A DNA stretch of 63,112 nucleotides, filler included, from Octopus bimaculoides (lineage: Eukaryota), in assembly GCF_001194135.2 (NCBI RefSeq). It is 5 parts of 4 records of this genome, joined end to end, with 100 filler letters (N's around TTAATTAATTAA, not from the genome) between each part and the next. Parts side by side here need not be neighbours in the genome. Positions count along the whole stretch, not along the records: positions 45,577 to 61,264 come from NC_068999.1; positions 61,365 to 63,112 come from NC_068983.1; 3 more parts are not named here. One strand, given 5' to 3'. The position numbers were made by a program, and so were the translations under genes. Below, piece after piece: positions 60,175 through 63,112 of this stretch. Within the stretch, counting starts at the first letter, position 1, and each line of letters starts with the position of its first letter. The notes under the pieces are model-generated. The model was given only the letters and a program-made list of their open reading frames with translations. It ran no database searches and was not told the origin of the DNA.

Positions 60175-61364
60175 NNNNNNNNNNNNNNNNNNNNNNNNNN
60201 NNNNNNNNNNNNNNNNNNNNNNNNNNNNNNNNNNNNNNNNNNNNNNNNNNNNNNNNNNNNNNNNNNNNNNNNNNNNNNNNNNNNNNNNNNNNNNNNNNNN
60301 NNNNNNNNNNNNNNNNNNNNNNNNNNNNNNNNNNNNNNNNNNNNNNNNNNNNNNNNNNNNNNNNNNNNNNNNNNNNNNNNNNNNNNNNNNNNNNNNNNNN
60401 NNNNNNNNNNNNNNNNNNNNNNNNNNNNNNNNNNNNNNNNNNNNNNNNNNNNNNNNNNNNNNNNNNNNNNNNNNNNNNNNNNNNNNNNNNNNNNNNNNNN
60501 NNNNNNNNNNNNNNNNNNNNNNNNNNNNNNNNNNNNNNNNNNNNNNNNNNNNNNNNNNNNNNNNNNNNNNNNNNNNNNNNNNNNNNNNNNNNNNNNNNNN
60601 NNNNNNNNNNNNNNNNNNNNNNNNNNNNNNNNNNNNNNNNNNNNNNNNNNNNNNNNNNNNNNNNNNNNNNNNNNNNNNNNNNNNNNNNNNNNNNNNNNNN
60701 NNNNNNNNNNNNNNNNNNNNNNNNNNNNNNNNNNNNNNNNNNNNNNNNNNNNNNNNNNNNNNNNNNNNNNNNNNNNNNNNNNNNNNNNNNNNNNNNNNNN
60801 NNNNNNNNNNNNNNNNNNNNNNNNNNNNNNNNNNNNNNNNNNNNNNNNNNNNNNGCCACCATTGCCGCCTCCACCGACCCTACAACTTCAACCAAACAGA
60901 AAACAGATAAATATCATTTGAATTACAACAAGTCAACATACGCGCACAAAAATGCACACACAAACACACGCATGTATGAACACAGACAGAATCACACAGA
61001 CACGCAGGTTCGGAGATACAGATAATGGACGTTACTATATCAGACGAGTGGGAAATGTAATAAAACGGAATAAATATCCAATATTGTTATGCAGAGGGGA
61101 GCATTGTGAACGTCGCCTGAAGATCATGAACGAGAAACTACGAGTAATAGAAGACACAAGCTCTGCTGTGTCTGTTGATGTGTGTGTACGTGCGTGCGTG
61201 TGTGTGTGTGTAGATATCTATATGCCTATATTTGTATATGTGTGTATCCATAAATATATATATANNNNNNNNNNNNNNNNNNNNNNNNNNNNNNNNNNNN
61301 NNNNNNNNTTAATTAATTAANNNNNNNNNNNNNNNNNNNNNNNNNNNNNNNNNNNNNNNNNNNN

Positions 61365-61429
<65 letters not shown>

Positions 61430-62049
61430 GCACGCACAACTGTATTTTAGTTCATTTTAATTAATTAATTTGTAAAAGAATATGACAATAGCCTTTACAA
61501 AGATTTCTTTGCGATTGTCCTTCTCCTTGGGTGTCTGATATTTATATGAATTTTGTTGACGGTGGGTTTGAGTTTATATGTACTTATTCTTGTGTTCATG
61601 TTTCTTACGTGTGCGCATGTGCGTGTATGCGTGTGTATGCATGTTCTTTTTTTTTATGTAGATCATAATACATGCGCAAGAATGCCAGCTCGCAAGTACT
61701 TTGGTTGATTTGCTCGACGACAACCTTCAAGGCGGTGTCCTAGCATAGCCGCACTCTTGTGACTAAAATAAGTAAAAGATAAAAGATATATGAGTGCACC
61801 TTTGTATCTATCTTCCTACCTGAATGTGGCTATCTACGTGTTCCTACCTGCCTACCAGCCTGCCTGCCTGTTTGCCTACCTACCTACCTACCTACCTACC
61901 TATTTATCTACCAACCAATCTATATATCTGTCTGCCTGTCTGTTTGTTTATCTGGGTGTGCAATTGTGTATATTGTTTACGTATGTTCTTGTTCTACCGG
62001 CATAAAAAAAGAAAATTTGTTGCGTATCTATTTATTTGAACTTACTAAA

Positions 62050-62695
62050 TAAACTGTTAAGAAGACCCCTATGGAAAGACGAAATGTGGGAACCAGAGCC
62101 GTACGGACCTCCGAAAACTATGATCAGGTGAGAAAAATAGTCACACATGCAATAGGTGTGAGTACCAAAGTTACACTAAACGGTCACATGTTTAAGTTCA
62201 ATAATAAAATATTCGCTTAGGATGAGGGGCTAGCCATTCGTGTCAGTATCGCTGGCGAGGTGGCCAAATTCTTTGTGGTATGGTGGGATAGGAGACTCAA
62301 AGAACGCTTAGTAGAGAGTTCCATAGTCCTAACCGTGTGCTTGCGCTGTCTTGATGATATCGACATAGTAGTTAAAGCACCGCCACAAGACCTGAACTAG
62401 AAGCTAAAACCATGGAGAGCATCCAGCAAATAGCTAACTCCATCCACTAGAATATTAAGGTAACAATAGATTAACCACAAACTACTCGTTTTAGACACCA
62501 AATTATGGGTGGAATCTAGGATTAACAAGATCCAAATTGTCCATTCGCATTATGCCAAACTCATAGCTTCCAAATAGGGATATATACCATAGAAAGACAA
62601 GATGGAATAGACAAGACAAGACAAGACCAGAAGAGACATAAAGAACAGATTGTGATCGATGAGGTCACAGAATGTGTGACGAAAGAATTTTGACA
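62050..62695 (+). mobile_element. Second Penelope-like family: RT remnant with internal deletion, ending in a decayed hammerhead copy
   Basis: GHMFKFNNKIFA*DEGLAIRVSIAGEVAKFFVVWWDR..LRCLDDIDI, IANSIH, LLVLDTKLW..HYAK. It is followed by GATGAGGTCACAGAATGTGTGACGAAAG at 62658-62685. Confidence 0.8.
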
Positions 62696-62737
62696 AATAA
62701 AATAATAACAACAACAACAACAACGAAAGCAACAACG

Positions 62738-62769
<32 letters not shown>

Positions 62770-62780
62770 AATAATAATAA

Positions 62781-62880
62781 GTTAAGATGGGTTACCGATG
62801 TGGGAAGAAAGACCCATCATTAAACCATCTTCTGTTTATGGATGACCTGAAATTGTTTGGGAAATCTGAAAAATAAATAG
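62781..62880 (+). mobile_element. Short R4/Dong-like RT fragment directly after a (CAA)n(TAA)n tract
   Basis: GYRCGKKDPSLNHLLFMDDLKLFGKSEK matches the HL.(F/Y)MDD.KL motif of R4-type RTs. Confidence 0.7.
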
Positions 62881-63112
62881 CATCCCTTACTTCAGCAGCT
62901 GTGATGGGACCCTCACAACACTCTGCCTCTCCCGCCGATAGCCGCGGCAGGCCGGTTAGGTAGGCACTGAAGTTCATCCTGCGTTCCGACCCACCGCTCG
63001 CACCGAACAGTCGAGCAAAGTGCTGTTGAAAGGCCCGGCCCCACACATCCTTTCGGGTTCGAGCAAACTACATCCCTGTTTATCGATTAGAAACCGAATG
63101 GTGGCTCTGTTA
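62881..63112 (-). mobile_element. Tx1/L1-like LINE ORF2 fragment (linker between endonuclease and RT), runs off the window
   Basis: AFQQHFARLF...LTGLPRLSAGEAECCEGPITAAEVRDA resembles the LP.LS......E.PIT..EV..A segment of Tx1/L1 ORF2. Confidence 0.72.

Noticed and set aside
61110-61150. CTGAAGA...GAAAC..GTA hammerhead-like string
   Set aside because: Stem II is only 2 bp without a G-C closing pair, and stem I cannot form.
265-61320. Dozens of ORFs rich in YI, HT, VC, CV, S, E, L or X
   Set aside because: They are translations of (TA)n, (CA)n, (TTC)n, (GAT)n tracts or N gaps, with no domain content.

Overview
Eukaryotic, AT-rich, repeat-saturated draft-assembly sequence with many N gaps. The microsatellite density and the SINE/RTE families look like an octopus (coleoid cephalopod) genome, but that is recognition from memory and is unverified. 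I find no intact protein-coding gene, rRNA, true tRNA gene or CRISPR array; nearly all ORFs in the track are translations of microsatellites or N runs. The window is a graveyard of decayed mobile elements. It holds a Helitron Rep fragment (1975-2886), a hAT transposase remnant (5960-7795), four mariner remnants, two large RTE LINEs head-to-head (23.2-31.4 kb), and two different Penelope-like elements (34.6-36.2 kb and 62.05-62.7 kb). It also holds a HERO-type restriction-like-endonuclease retroelement 3' end (53.0-53.6 kb), R4/Dong-like and Tx1/L1-like fragments at the right edge, and many tRNA-derived SINEs. The most interesting signals read directly from the sequence are: (1) a minimal type I hammerhead ribozyme motif at 33156-33200, with a decayed sister copy at the 3' end of a Penelope-like RT at 62.66 kb; (2) an 89-bp GT-AG intron whose removal restores a continuous Helitron Rep frame; (3) a SINE with a perfect 19-bp target-site duplication inside a LINE; (4) an inverted SINE pair and a 219-bp palindrome able to form long hairpins; (5) interstitial (CCCTAA)n beside a 66-bp GC-rich minisatellite. 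Several possible decayed host-gene traces are listed as speculative. Four TTAATTAATTAA motifs inside gaps are assembly linkers, not biology.
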